From assembly GCA_964016885.1 (NCBI GenBank), contig OZ024742.1, positions 337,528,001 to 337,592,000 on the forward strand: a stretch of DNA of 64,000 bases, read 5' to 3'. A program made the translations under genes and the position numbers. The notes under the pieces were generated by a model, which was not told the DNA's origin, made no database searches, and saw nothing but the letters and a program-made list of their open reading frames with translations. Positions 51,473-64,000 of the stretch are shown piece by piece. The stretch's first letter is position 1, and every line of letters begins with the position of its first letter. This stretch comes from Eledone cirrhosa. Taxonomy: Eukaryota.

Positions 51473-53030
51473 CCTTGACAGAACTGAAATTAAAAAAACA
51501 TACATCATAAATCTCATAGAGACACAGAAAGTTTTCATAGAACATTGGGGAAATACAAGTCTCCTATATTGTCACTTTTTATTTCTCTTAGTAAATGTGT
51601 CAATATATTTTATATAATGAATACAACTAAAAAAAGAGGGAGAGTAATAAAGAAGAAAAAGTGGGGGATAAGACCTGCACATTCAATCACACAGTACAAG
51701 GGGTGCTGGAGCCGCCCTCTAATAATTTTTCAAGTAAGCCAAAACACTTGAAGTATTTTATATTTTTGAGCTGGAAATATGCAAAATTGCTAACTTTTCT
51801 AGTTCTCCCCGAGTGTCATTGTTGTATAACTGCATAATCTACAAACCCTACACACCCCAGCAAATACAAAATTAATTTTTATAATGAGCACCCAACATGA
51901 AGTGTTTTAAGGATATTTCTCATGCTAAAGAACCTAATGACAATGTTTTATGGCCAGATAGATGTCTTTCTAGGTTCCAACACTTCTAGTTACCTCCCAT
52001 GACACATAGGGATATCAGCATCATCATTTTTGTGGGGCTAGGGAACCGGAACTGCAGGGGAAGTCTTACCAGAAGCGAGGGGTCAGTGACATCACATTAG
52101 AAGTGCAGGCTGTCTCCCTCTATGGTCCATGGGCAACGTTGAGTGTGGACATCCTTGTAATGAGAAGTGTGAGTTTTGCTATGATCTCTGGCCAGGCGCG
52201 AAGTGAACAACATGCAAGATTCAGTCGGGACACATGTGGAGATGCAGAAATATCTCCCTTCACTTCTTATGACAATTTCATTACTGAATTTTTATACTGG
52301 CATGGGTTGGACGCGTTGTCATGGTACTTGACAAGATGTGGCCAGATAACCATGTCTAGCTGATATGTTCCACATTTTGGCATGGTTTTTTATATTTGGA
52401 TGTCCTTTACAGAATATCATGAGTGAATTTTATCATGGCACCAGCACCACCACTTTACGGACTGTATTCAGTATAGTGTACCTATTCTAAACTGGATACA
52501 CACAGGGATACAGTGTAACTATTCAAAATATAGTATTCTTTTGGAGGTACTCCAAGGAATGATTTTCACTTGTTATGACAGACTAGCAAAGCTCGCCACT
52601 TCCAAAAATCAAAGGTGGATTTGCAGGTTCAAAACTTACAATGCTCAGGAAAATGGAAATGCAATGTCCATGATTTTCAAAAGTTATTAACAGCACAGAT
52701 GAAATAATTCCGATGAAGAATTAGCAACATTTCACAGACCTACCTCTTCTACAGCATCCAGGATGGGAGAAGGACCAAGGGAGTAGCTGCCAGTTGCTGA
52801 AGCATGGAACAAACTCACTGCATTACTTGTTAGCTGTCGAGACACTGCATCTTTCAAAACGTCCATGCTTCCCGAAATTCGCCAACACTACACCTGGTAC
52901 CCCCCTCCATACACATGCGTGCATGTATGTGTGTATCACGACTCATACACTGTTCACTTTCTTGATGAGTTGTAGTGCACCTGAGCACTCTACACAATAA
53001 TTTACATTATTATTATTATTAAGGTGTCTA

Positions 53031-53364
53031 TGGAGGCACGTGGCTTAGTGGTTAGAGCATTGGCCTTGCAACCGAAAGGTTGTGAGTTCAATTCTCAGAC
53101 CGGGTGATGTGTTGTTTCCTTGAGCAAGACACTTTATTTTACATTGCTCCAGTTTACTCAGCTGTAGAAATGAGATGATGGGACTGGGTCCCTATCATTC
53201 CACTGCAAAGTGGTCATGGTGGTGCCACGGAAAAAAAGCACCCAGCACTCACTGTAAATGAGGTTGGCGTTAGGAAGGGCATCCAGCTGTAGAAATCAAG
53301 CCAGAATCAGTTCCCGTCCCACGCTTGCAAGCAGGGAAAAGCAGACGTAAAATGATGATGATGA
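53031..53364 (+). mobile_element. Full-length tRNA-derived SINE with RTE family B 3' tail
   Basis: A box TGGCTTAGTGG, B box GAGTTCAATTC, central CCTTGAGCAAGACACTT, tail nearly identical to 34023-34245, (TGA)n end, 6-bp TSD TGTCTA (53025-53030, 53365-53370). Confidence 0.85.
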
Positions 53365-53371
53365 TGTCTAC

Positions 53372-53597
53372 ATCTAGCCCATGAACAAAGGATAAAGCTG
53401 TTGGGCCTCTTCCCATCGACCATGGGCAGTCTAGCGAGCTCCACAATTGAAGGGATGTTGATTCTGTATATGATTACGTTCAACTCGGTGTGACGAACGA
53501 AGCGACTTGCATTTAACCAACATGACAATCCATGAAGGACCCATTTAGTAATGGAATTTACCATATCAACATTTGTTGCAGTTGATATGGGAATCAT
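53372..53597 (-). mobile_element. Decayed restriction-like-endonuclease non-LTR retrotransposon fragment (CRE-like)
   Basis: LHGLSC…RHTELNVII…IPSIVE…DGKRPNSFILCSW resembles the HGLSC/RH/DGKRPDG-x-PW C-terminus of CRE-type elements; interrupted by the foldback element. Confidence 0.5.
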
Positions 53598-54369
53598 GGC
53601 GATATCCAATTTTAGCTGTCTAAATGCCGCTTACTTGCTGCTTACTTCAATGTATGAGGCTATTCCAACAAATTTACATTCCTCTTTTTTTTTAGCCGTT
53701 AAAAGAAATATAGATTTATTTATTTTTATTTTTTTGCGATTTATTTGCCACTGGGGCATAGATTTCTTTATTTGCCCCTTTTTTGTTTGTTTGGTTTTTT
53801 TGCGATTTATTAGCCTTTTGGGGTCACACACGCCCCCGTAGAATGTGTGCGACCTTTCTGCCAGGGAGCACAGAGAGGAGGGTGCTCCCTTCTTCTCTTA
53901 CCTGTACAAGCCGATATAGAGAGATGGCCCACGTACACGGGCCATTATTGCTACTTTCACCCATCTTTCATGAAATTGGCTGGGACTGAGTGCCTTTTTC
54001 GGGTGAAAGTAGCAATAATGGCCCGTGTAAGTGGGCCATCTCTCTATATCGGCTTGTACAGGTAAGAGAAGGGAGCACCCCCTCTCTCTGTACTCCCTGG
54101 CAGAAAGGTCGCACACTTTCTACGGGGGCGTGTGTGACCCCAAAAGGCTAATAAATCGCAAAAAAACAAACAAACAAAACAGGAGCAAATAAAGAAATCT
54201 ATGCCCCAGTGGCAAATAAATCGCAAAAAAATAAAATAAATAAATCTATATTTCTTTTAACGGCTAAAAAAAGGGGGAATGTAAATTTGTTGGAATAGCC
54301 TCATACATTGAAGTAAGCAGCAACTGCAGCAAGTAAGCGGCATTTAGACAGCTAAAATTGGATATCGCC
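53598..54369. mobile_element. Foldback MITE with ~365-bp inverted arms and 8-bp TSD (Merlin-like termini)
   Basis: Arms 53598-53962 and 54001-54369 are near-perfect reverse complements with a 38-bp spacer. Termini GGCGATATCC/GGATATCGCC; TSD GGAATCAT at 53590-53597 and 54370-54377. Confidence 0.9.
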
Positions 54370-54739
54370 GGAATCATTAAACCCATAGCAGAATGTTAAT
54401 AAACTACTGAAATAAGGTAATGCAGCAGAGATTGCTAGTGTTAACTTTGAAAAGATTTTGAGGTTAACCAAGACACTCACAGTATTACCACTAATGATTG
54501 CGAGGCCAAGTCTCTGGAATAGTCAAACACCACCAGTGGAATAGGCAAGTATCACCGGTAGGCGAGCTGCCAACAATGACAAAAACTTCGTTGTCAGCGA
54601 CCTAACTTACCTGGAGTCACGAATGTCACAGGCTGATGTAATTTACCGATAAATCATGGCATTTCAATAGATTATTCCGTTCGGAATTGTTTCTCTTTCG
54701 CATCATCATTCAGCGAGGCTCGTAAATTCGCTTTTGGGG

Positions 54740-55146
54740 GAAAAAAAGTCGATTGCGAGCATGTCGGAAGTCAGATTAGTTAAAAACACAGGTAAAAAAA
54801 AACAAAGAAAAACATTTTCTTAGCGATTCCCAGCGCTTTTCTATAAATTTAAACGGGATCCCCCTCCCTCCTTCCCTCACCACAGCCGTTTTCGAAAAGA
54901 AAAGGAGTCGTTTGCGAGTGAGTCGGATATCAGATCAGTTGAAAACAATCGAAACAATCTAGAAAAGGAAAAAAATTTCGAGTCTAGGAAAATCCGAGGG
55001 TACCCATCGCCCCAACAATCTGTTTTCGATAGAAAAACCAAGTCGATTGCAAGCATGTCTAAAGTAATATTAGTTGGAAATATACGAAAAAAAACTAGAA
55101 TTCTTTTTCTTTGCGAACTCCAAAGGGTCCTTTTCTATAAATTTAC
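54740..55146. repeat. Degenerate ~150-bp tandem repeat (about three copies)
   Basis: AGTCGWTTGCRAGY…TCRGAWRT…YAGTT recurs near 54747, 54906 and 55041; TTTTCTATAAATTTA near 54837 and 55131. Confidence 0.6.
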
Positions 55147-55284
55147 GAAAGTATAGCGAGAATACTGGGTTGTATGAATGTAACAAGGAATACATTGTTT
55201 GTGTGTATAATATTTAATTAACAATGGTAGATAGTATTTTTGACATGTCAAAGGAATAGATGTTAGAATGAAGCAAAGTTAGTA

Positions 55285-56630
55285 GTTACCGTTTTGATTG
55301 CCAGGCAAACGCGGCTGGCAGAGGACGCCTGGCTAAGGCCAGGCGCCTGTTGGCCAAATGAATGGCAGAGCCAAATGTGAGGCTCTTGACCTGGTGCCGA
55401 AAAGGCAATGAGAGAGTAGTTTCTACGTTAGGCACAAGGCCAGCAATAACCCAGTGTATTACTGGTACTTTATTTTATCGACCCCGTAAGGATGAAAGGC
55501 AAAGTGAGAGAGTGAGAGCTTAAAGTTGTTAGTTTTATAAGGTTCTGACCGGAAGTTGCAGAAAGGGTTCTACTTCCCGTCTAGATCCCAATCAAAACAA
55601 GGGAGACAACCGCTACAAAAGTAATAAATAACGGTGAAAAAATATCTCATAAACCAAAGTTTAAAGAAAAAAAAAAAATGAAAAAAAGCGGTGCTAAAGC
55701 ATCATAGCTTTTTACAGAAAAATGTTTGTCTACGAAGAATTATTTCAAGATATGAATTTTTTTATTAATTAATAACTAAATTTTAAAATAGATCATTAGG
55801 AATTTACCTATACAGATCAATCAGATGCCGTTCATTGTTATTTTATTAAACCTCGACATTCCAGTATTTCATAGAATATACAATCACACCTTCAACAATA
55901 ACAGAGACAGATCGGACCATACCGAACACAATTGATTTTTTTCTTTTTTTACTACTGTATATATGCGAAAGAAGTTTATTATATATAAATGAAAAGGCTT
56001 TCTGATCAGTATAATTACTATATCGTTCAGGTGGGACATAATTCTATTATTTTACAGGAGTTATTAAAAACTTAAACATAAATAGCTGGAGAGAAGTCTT
56101 CGCTTAATCGATCACTGGGCATGTATAAAGCTTTACACATTCACAGATACTTCACTTAGACTATAATTGTCATAATAATAAAATGAATGGTATCTGATTG
56201 ATCGGTGTAAGTAAATTGCGAATGATTTATTAGTAAAAGAAAAATAAATATCGCAACACGGCCTAAGAAAAAGAAATATCGCAACACAACCTAAGAAAAA
56301 GAATTATCTTAATATGTACGGACAATAATTTATCTCTTTTCCACGTATCCGGAGACAAACCGTCAATTGAAAACGAAAGAAGGTAGTTTGGGGGTTTTTT
56401 TCTAGAGCAATTATTATTATAAACCTAATTCAAAACTTTCCTCTTCTACTATATAAAGCAGACAACTTACCTAAAACTTAAGTCAGTGCTTGATGTAAAT
56501 ACAGCGTGACCGCAGGTCGTGATTTGAAATTATCGTTGCTTTTACTTTCTTTGTATTTCGCTTTCACTCTAGTGATATTTTGATTGGATAAGAGAAACAA
56601 TAAATCAGCCAATCAAAAAACGCCCGGCGG
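55285..56630 (-). promoter_or_regulatory. Candidate PIF1 promoter / non-coding first exon region
   Basis: The first coding exon starts at an acceptor, so an upstream exon is required. Candidate donors: CAG|GTAAGT (54610), ACG|GTAACT (55289), TAG|GTAAGT (56470). ETS-like CCGGAAGT at ~55549; CCAAT boxes at ~56583 and ~56609; TTTGAA at ~56523. Confidence 0.35.
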
Positions 56631-57889
56631 ATAAATGATGAATAAAATACGTTGAGGTATTTTAGTTATATGTGAGTTGTGAGTCCGATTCCCTTCGAGG
56701 TCGACTGTGCTTTTGAGCCTTATTATGCAATGGGATAATAAAATCAGTAAAATGAAAAGAATAAAAATTGAAAAGTGGAGTTTGGGATTAAACAGCCCCT
56801 CGTAAAATGTCGACATTTTTTTTCGGAATTATAAATTTTGAACAGGGAGATTTACGATTCGGAAGAAAAAAAAATATAATGTTAGTTTTGAACACCCCAT
56901 TTTAAGTAGACAACAACTGCCGTACATAATAGATTTTTTTTTTAATGAACAGTACCTGATTGCTTTGTATGTATATCCTCATTTAAAGTTCACCTTACCT
57001 GCTAGCAAGAGTTGGACAGGTCTTCGCAGGCCGAGTCTGTACTGATGTGAGTTTACGGATCTCCTAGACACGCTAGGAGTCTATATCTCACTTACATACA
57101 GCTCCACGCACGCTCTTCCGAGTTCATTTTGTTTGGCAAGCTTCGTACGACTGGATGCCCTTCCTATCACAAACCACTTTATAGCGAGTATTGGGTGTGT
57201 TTATTGCGTAGATAACCATCACTAGAGAGATTGTTATGTCCTTGACACAACTGAAGGGTCCTCCAAACCCATTCTTTCGCGAGCTTTATACTGCTGGGTG
57301 CCTTTCTTATCACCAACCACTTTACAGGGTGTACTGGGTGCATTTTTGTGACACCAACACTAAAGAGATTGTCGGTTAATGTTCCAACCGAAAAACCCTC
57401 TCTGCTCTGCAGGGATGGGAGAGGAGGGAGATGAGTAGGAAATTATGGATGTGTGGTAAGTGTGGTATAATTTGACAGGGTGATGACTCGGGGCAAAGAG
57501 TGATCTCCGATAACGTAGGGAATATAGTGATGGTGAAAATACCTAAGCGATGATAGTGGTGGAGGCGTGGGTAACGTAATCATGAGCGTGAGGTGGGGAC
57601 ACTCACCGGTGCGTTATAGATTTTGAGGGGCAATGTAGTGATGGAGAGAATAGCTATGTGGTAGTGGAGGGGACATGGGTGGGGTAGGGTGCACAGGGGC
57701 AGAGAGTGTAGTTACTAGGGTGGAATAGAGAGGGTATCTAAGGATTTTAGAGGGGAAGGAATAGCTAAGAAGTGATATAGGTGGGAGCATATATGGGGCA
57801 GGATGCAGTGTGCAGTGGAAGCAAAGGCAGCTAGTAGGGAGTGATAATGGAAAGAGGGACACGTGGATGGGTCAGGTCATATTTATGCT

Positions 57890-58340
57890 GAAGGCCGGGT
57901 CTTAACCAGCACAGTATAGCGCCAGCCTTCTCAGTCCTTTGTGATTTCAGTTATGAGGTTTAACTTCTTAAAGTCGGTCTTCACAACCTTGTCTCACGTC
58001 ATCCTGGACCTGCCCCTTCCATGTGTCCAAGCCATTGGGATTTCTCTGCATTTCTTTATGCAGCTGCCATCTTTCATATGCATGTCCATACCAACGCAGT
58101 CTTCTCTCTTGCCCACTACAGTCAATTCTTCTTTGCTTATGCTACATCGTTCATGTATACTAACATTACACATACATAGGAGCATACTGCAGTCAAGGCA
58201 GCCCATGTTTCATTGCCACATAACATTGCAATTCATACGCAGGCATCATACACTCTACCCTTCAGACTGAGAGAGAAGCCCTTTGTTGCCAGCATGGGTA
58301 CTAGCTACCTAAACTTCTTCCAGCTTGTCTTATCCAAGCT
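57890..58340 (-). mobile_element. Old RTE LINE fragment
   Basis: …MKDGSCIKKCREI…GRGRSRMT; diverged homolog of the RTE C-terminus, with a C-rich 3' UTR extending leftwards. Confidence 0.65.
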
Positions 58341-58828
58341 ATCAAACTTTGAAAGCATCCTCTCTCACCTTGTACGCCCATAGATTATACCGTATGCACA
58401 TTATGAAATGTCAGTCCACTCCTTTCTGACAAATATAGTTTGTGTACATACGCTGTTACGTAATTTAGTACATGTCTCAATAATCGATATTATAGAAAAT
58501 AATGCAAAGTCATTCCAACTATAACCATTCGGTCAGTACATCTGTATTGCACCTGAGCACTGTACACAATAATTCCATTATCATTATGTATGCAATATAT
58601 AAGAGAGTATTGTGGTTTGATGAAAGTATATTAATAAAAACGATGTAGTTTCGTTTACATGTATTTAGATTTTTTATTGCGTATCGACCTGTTACTCGCG
58701 TTTCGCAGAGGATTAGCTCAAGGTCACTTAAAGAAGTTATGGACCTGACTCCATTATCGATCTGCTCTTCAGACTGGCGATGCAACAAAAATATAGCATT
58801 TGTGTGTATATATATATATGTGTGTGTG

Positions 58829-59539
58829 TGTAACGAAATACTACTATGTTTTACCTGGCAAAGATTCGAAACCGAATCTGAGGGTTCTCGCCTTTAAAAC
58901 CACCTATTGTTGGGAGTTCCCACCATTGTCCTGTCAAGAGACAACTATGGTAAACGTATATATCACTTGACCTGTGACCCCAGGTTCTCGACAGATGAAA
59001 CACACATGGCTACTCATAAATCAACTCATATACACATCCTTCTAGTTATAGGGTTATTATAAATACAAGTACTTAGTGTCCACCAGAGAGACTCTGAAGT
59101 AGCAGTCTGTGAGAGGTTAACAATGTAGCCATTCACTATCTACAGACCTTTTTCTCTTTCTCTCTCCTAGCCTTACATGCTCTCACATTTCATACCAGCT
59201 CAGCAGATTGACCAACTACAGGAGCAACGTAAACTAAGGATAAACAAACACACACACATAGTAGGTTTCATTATATATTTCACTACTACAATTTATCTAT
59301 CCTTTCGGCTTCCTGTCATTTCACTTCTATTGTATCGTTTTATTGATACATGCATACACGCTAGCTCGAAGTAGTTAGTAAGAAAATAATGTAGTGATAA
59401 TTGCTGTCATGATTTTATTACTCGATATTCAATGTACCAATAAGTGAATTTTGTACTATTGTAAAATAAACATTGTCAACATCACAATTCTGGCATCATT
59501 CTTTTTTATCATTCACCCTGAAAAGAACGCATCTATCCA

Positions 59540-59544
<5 letters not shown>
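58829..59544 (+). mobile_element. Probable solo LTR
   Basis: TGTA…TACA termini, TATAAATA at ~59057, AATAAA at ~59465, embedded in TA/TG/CA microsatellite. Confidence 0.55.
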
Positions 59545-59610
<66 letters not shown>

Positions 59611-59611
<1 letters not shown>

Positions 59612-59867
59612 CATCATCATCATCGTTTAACGTCTATCTTCCACGCTAGCATGGGTTAGACGGGAATTGTCCCATTTGAGGCAAGAATGAGCGGGTGACC
59701 TTGTCTCGCTCGTATAGGACTTATCTGGCAGGTTTTCTACGGCTGGATGCCCTTCCTAACACCAACCACATTTACAGTGTGGACTGGGTGCCTTTTTACC
59801 GTGTTTCCTACACGACCACTTTACAGCGTGGACTGTGTGTTTTTGTCGTGACATCTACACAACCTCT
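59611..59867 (-). mobile_element. Short RTE family A 3'-UTR insertion
   Basis: Reverse complement of the family 3' UTR with (TGA)n tail, flanked by (TA)n on both sides. Confidence 0.85.
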
Positions 59868-60090
59868 TTATATATATATAATAAGAATATTTATATTTAT
59901 ATATCTGATACAACTATAAATATGGAGGGTAGTACTGAGTGCTAGCCGGTTATCGGTATGACAAAAGGCTCAATGCAAAATTTTCAAGTGTTTTACAGAG
60001 CCGAGATACAAAGCGTTAAAACGATCAAATTTTAGTTTAGAACATTTATTTGCTCACTAGGATTTTAGTAACATGTTTCGACATTCCCTA

Positions 60091-60137
60091 TGCTCCGATG
60101 ATTCCAGACTTCCCTCTAGAAGAAACAATTGTCAGCA
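60091..60137 (+). ncRNA. Second Penelope-type hammerhead ribozyme remnant
   Basis: TGCT-CCGATGA-TTCCAGAC(TTCC)CTCTAGAA-GAAAC-AATT-GTC-AGCA: GUC triplet intact, core and stem II mutated. Confidence 0.6.
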
Positions 60138-60206
60138 AATAAATTAAAATTTGATCGTTTTAGCACTTTGTATATATATATATGCGTGTGTGTGTGTGTG
60201 TGTGTG

Positions 60207-60840
<634 letters not shown>

Positions 60841-60847
<7 letters not shown>

Positions 60848-63800
60848 TGTCCCCTCGTTATCGAGTATGGCCATTGCACGAGAAAAAAAAATATATATAT
60901 ATTGATAACAATAATAATAATAATAACAACAATAATAATGACAACAACAATAATAATATACATATATATATATACACACACACACGCACACACATAAACA
61001 TATCTATACACACACACACACAATAGCAATTAACAGCACTGCGATCGAATGTGGCTTTTTAGCCCAGCCAATGATCTAAAATGTCTTGCACAGAGTCGGC
61101 AACCAAAACATTCACTGGGAATAGCCGGCTGTGATTGGAGTTCATGTACTTTTGCATGTCGCTTGAGCCCTCCTGCTGATTTACGTTCTCTACCACATGC
61201 TTGGCAAGCATGATGAGTAGCATCTCCAACAGCAGCCTGGTAGTCAACCACTGGTCTTACTTTATGACTGCAAAGGTGACTTTCGAGTCCAGCTTTGCTT
61301 AGGCAGAGTCTCGCACAGACGCTGCATGTCAGCACCATAGGAGGATCCTCGCCGTCTGGAAGTGCAACAGCAATTCCCTTCCTCACACGCTGCTTTACTT
61401 TCTCGTATGCGATTCGAGATGCCTCAAAGGCAACTTTTCCCTCATATACAGTCTTTCTCCATTTATTACGATCAGCAGCAATATTTTCCCATGTATCAGC
61501 AGAGATGTTAGCGTCTTTCAGAGAGGCTTTCAAGGAATACTTATACCTCTTTTTTGGTTTATGTGGCAGTCGTTTTCTTTTAACTAACTCTCTATAAAAG
61601 AGTTGTTTTGGTATTCTAGAATCCTTCATCCTGGCAAGGTGACCACTCCAACGGAGTCGTTGCTTAAGCACAAGAGCTTCTATACTGTCACACATAGAGC
61701 TTTCCAAAATCTCGACATCACTGATGTGGTCCCTCCAGTGAACGCCATGGATCCGTCTGAGACACATCTGATGGAAACGCTCCAATTGCTTAAGGTGGTG
61801 TCGATATGTGACCCAGGTCTCGCAGACATAAAGAAGAGAAGAGAGCACACATGCCTTGTACACCTTTATCTTTGTCTTCTTGCATATGTCTCGCCGACCC
61901 CAGAGTCGCCTTTCTAGCTTTCCGAAAGCATCACTTGCTTTCCTAATCCTAAGTGAGAGTTCACTATCAAGGTTGCTGTATCGATTGACAGTGCTTCCCA
62001 GGTAGACAAACTGATCAACCACTCCAAGTCGTTTACCATACACATAGATATTTGGTTCACTGTACTGCTTACCAGGGACATGTTGGTACATGACGACGGT
62101 TTTCTTGAGACTGACAGTCAATCCTAGGGCAGTGCGTCAGAAAATGTATTCAAAATGTGCTGCTTATCACTCTCTGTGTGCGCTACAAGATCGCAATCAT
62201 CTGCATACAAGAGGTCTCTTATGATTGATGTAAATACTTTTGTCTTTGCAGCAAAGCGCCTGATGTTAAATATGCTGCCTGAGGTTCGATATGGATGTAA
62301 ACACTATGCTCGCAATTCCTGAATGCAATACAGAAAACCATTGCAAAGTATATGGCAAACAGGGTCGGTGCTGGAATATCCCCCTGTTTCACTCCATTTT
62401 TTACTGAGATAGGCTCCGACATGTTACCTCCGACATTAACCCAAGCCTTCATGTCGTCATGGAAAGACCTAACTAAAGCAAGGAACTTATCAGGGTAACC
62501 AAGTTTCTGGAGAACCTTCCATAATGCATCTCTGTTAACAGTATCGAAAGCTTTTGTCAGATCGACAAAAACCTGATACAGATCCAAACCTTGTTCCATT
62601 CACTTCTCCTGGGGCTGTCTAGCTGAGATCATATCAGTAGTGCCGCGTCCAGCACGAAAACCAGATTGACTTTCAGGAAGAACACAATCTGCAATGTGTG
62701 TCAGCAGACGGTCCAGAAGCACCCTACATAAAACTTTCCCTACGACAGAAAGCAATGATATACATCTGTAGTTCCCACAATCATTCCTGTTACCCTTTCC
62801 CTTCTACAAGACCACCATTACTGCATCTCTCCAGTCCTCACGTACGGATTCATTAGCCTGCATATCCTGCCAAACAGTGAAGATATTGCAGGAGTCTCTC
62901 ACCACCATATTGTAGGAGCTCAGCATGTATGCCATCCATACCTGGAGACCTCCCACTGTTCAGCTTCGAGATAGCCACTGCAACCTCCACAAGCGTCGGA
63001 GGTTCTGCGAGAGTTACTTTCACAGGACTTTCTGGAATGAGATTGAGGAAATCTTCATTGACGATAGACGGCTGATTCAAAAGATCATCAAAGTGCTCTC
63101 ACCACCTTCGTAAAATTCCTTGTGAGTCACGAAGAAGTTCTTTGCCATCCTTGCTGCGAAGCAGTGTCACCAGAGAAGACGGTCCATAAACCTCACGCAA
63201 GAAACTGTACAACAGATTTGTGTTATTGGAATCTGACGCAGTTTGTATCTCATCAGCCTTCTCACTCCACCACTGATCCTTCATCTGAGAAAGACTCTGC
63301 CTAACACGTGATTTCACATCCTTGAGTTCCTTATGCAACGTATTCTTCTCCTGTGGTTTTGCCGTCAAGTAGCACACCTCTTATCAGCCAACAAGTCTTC
63401 TATATGTACATCATTCTCATTAAACCAGTCCTGATGTTTTCTCTGCACCAATTCCAGAACACGCCTGCCTACATCATAAACCGACTTTTTAAGGGTCGGC
63501 CAATCCTCACCAAGATCTGCAAACTGCATCTCTTCTTGCAATGTCCTCTTCACATTTTTATCCTTAAGACGAGCAGCATTCAATCCAGGAGCCCGGATTT
63601 TACGTTTAGTGATTAGTTTCACTTTTGCGCGTACCAGGCGGTGGTCCGTCCAGCACTCAGCTCCACGAAGAGCACGAACACACTGCACATCCTGTCTGTC
63701 ACGCATCCTGACAAGGACGTAGTCCAAAAGATGCCATTCCTTAGATGCAGGATGCATCCATGTGGTCTTGAATTTGTTCTTTTGTTGCAACATGGTGTTG

Positions 63801-64000
63801 GTAACACACAGATCCAGCTCCTCACACATCTGCAGCAGGAGCATACCATTGTTGTTACACTTTCCCACCCCATGTCTTCCGATTACATTCCATGTGTTAA
63901 AATCCCTACCCACTCTAGCATTAGTCGCCAAGCACGATGACTTTGTCTGCCTGAGGGATATTTCTTAAAACACCTTTCAAGGCATGGTAAAAGGACACTT
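60841..64000 (-). mobile_element. RTE/BovB-like LINE, decayed, with three C-terminal C2H2-like zinc fingers (runs off right edge)
   Basis: EN remnant 63365-63931 (NARVG, HLLDYVLV, TDHRLV); RT (FVDLTKAFD, GVKQG, LLYADD near 62200); C-terminal ORF 61030-62121; 3' end hairpin CTCG-ATAA-CGAG…GACAGCCATCA at 60841-60880. Confidence 0.9.

Noticed and set aside
51473-51538. Longer N-terminus MKTFCVSMRF… from the ORF track
   Set aside because: It runs through a polypyrimidine tract and AG acceptor (51484-51485), so it is most likely intronic.
53031-53105. tRNA gene
   Set aside because: A and B boxes are present but continue into a SINE body, LINE tail and TSD; no convincing acceptor stem.
53551-54226. 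Mirror-image ORFs on both strands
   Set aside because: A by-product of the inverted arms of the foldback MITE.

Overview
This is a repeat-rich animal genomic window; the SINE/RTE repertoire resembles that of octopod cephalopods (inference). Positions 1-27.5 kb are a highly homogeneous 50-bp tandem satellite (~550 monomers, running off the left edge) with nested higher-order duplications. The rest contains the first seven coding exons of a minus-strand cellular PIF1 DNA helicase gene (ATG at 51472, last visible exon 28013-28152). The exons join in frame at GT-AG sites, but the C-terminal motifs are missing, so the satellite apparently fills a giant PIF1 intron. The introns and upstream region hold RTE, CR1-like and CRE-like LINE fragments, tRNA-derived SINEs, piggyBac/hAT/mariner/Merlin-like MITEs, two probable solo LTRs, two degenerate Penelope-type hammerhead ribozymes and a compact ~4-kb LTR retrotransposon. 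The most striking signal is in that LTR element: it lacks a canonical TGG primer-binding site, and the 12 nt abutting its 5' LTR are exactly complementary to nt 1-12 of tRNA-Phe as recalled, suggesting priming by a 5' tRNA fragment. It also carries a G GGA AAC slippery site plus pseudoknot for a -1 gag-pol frameshift.
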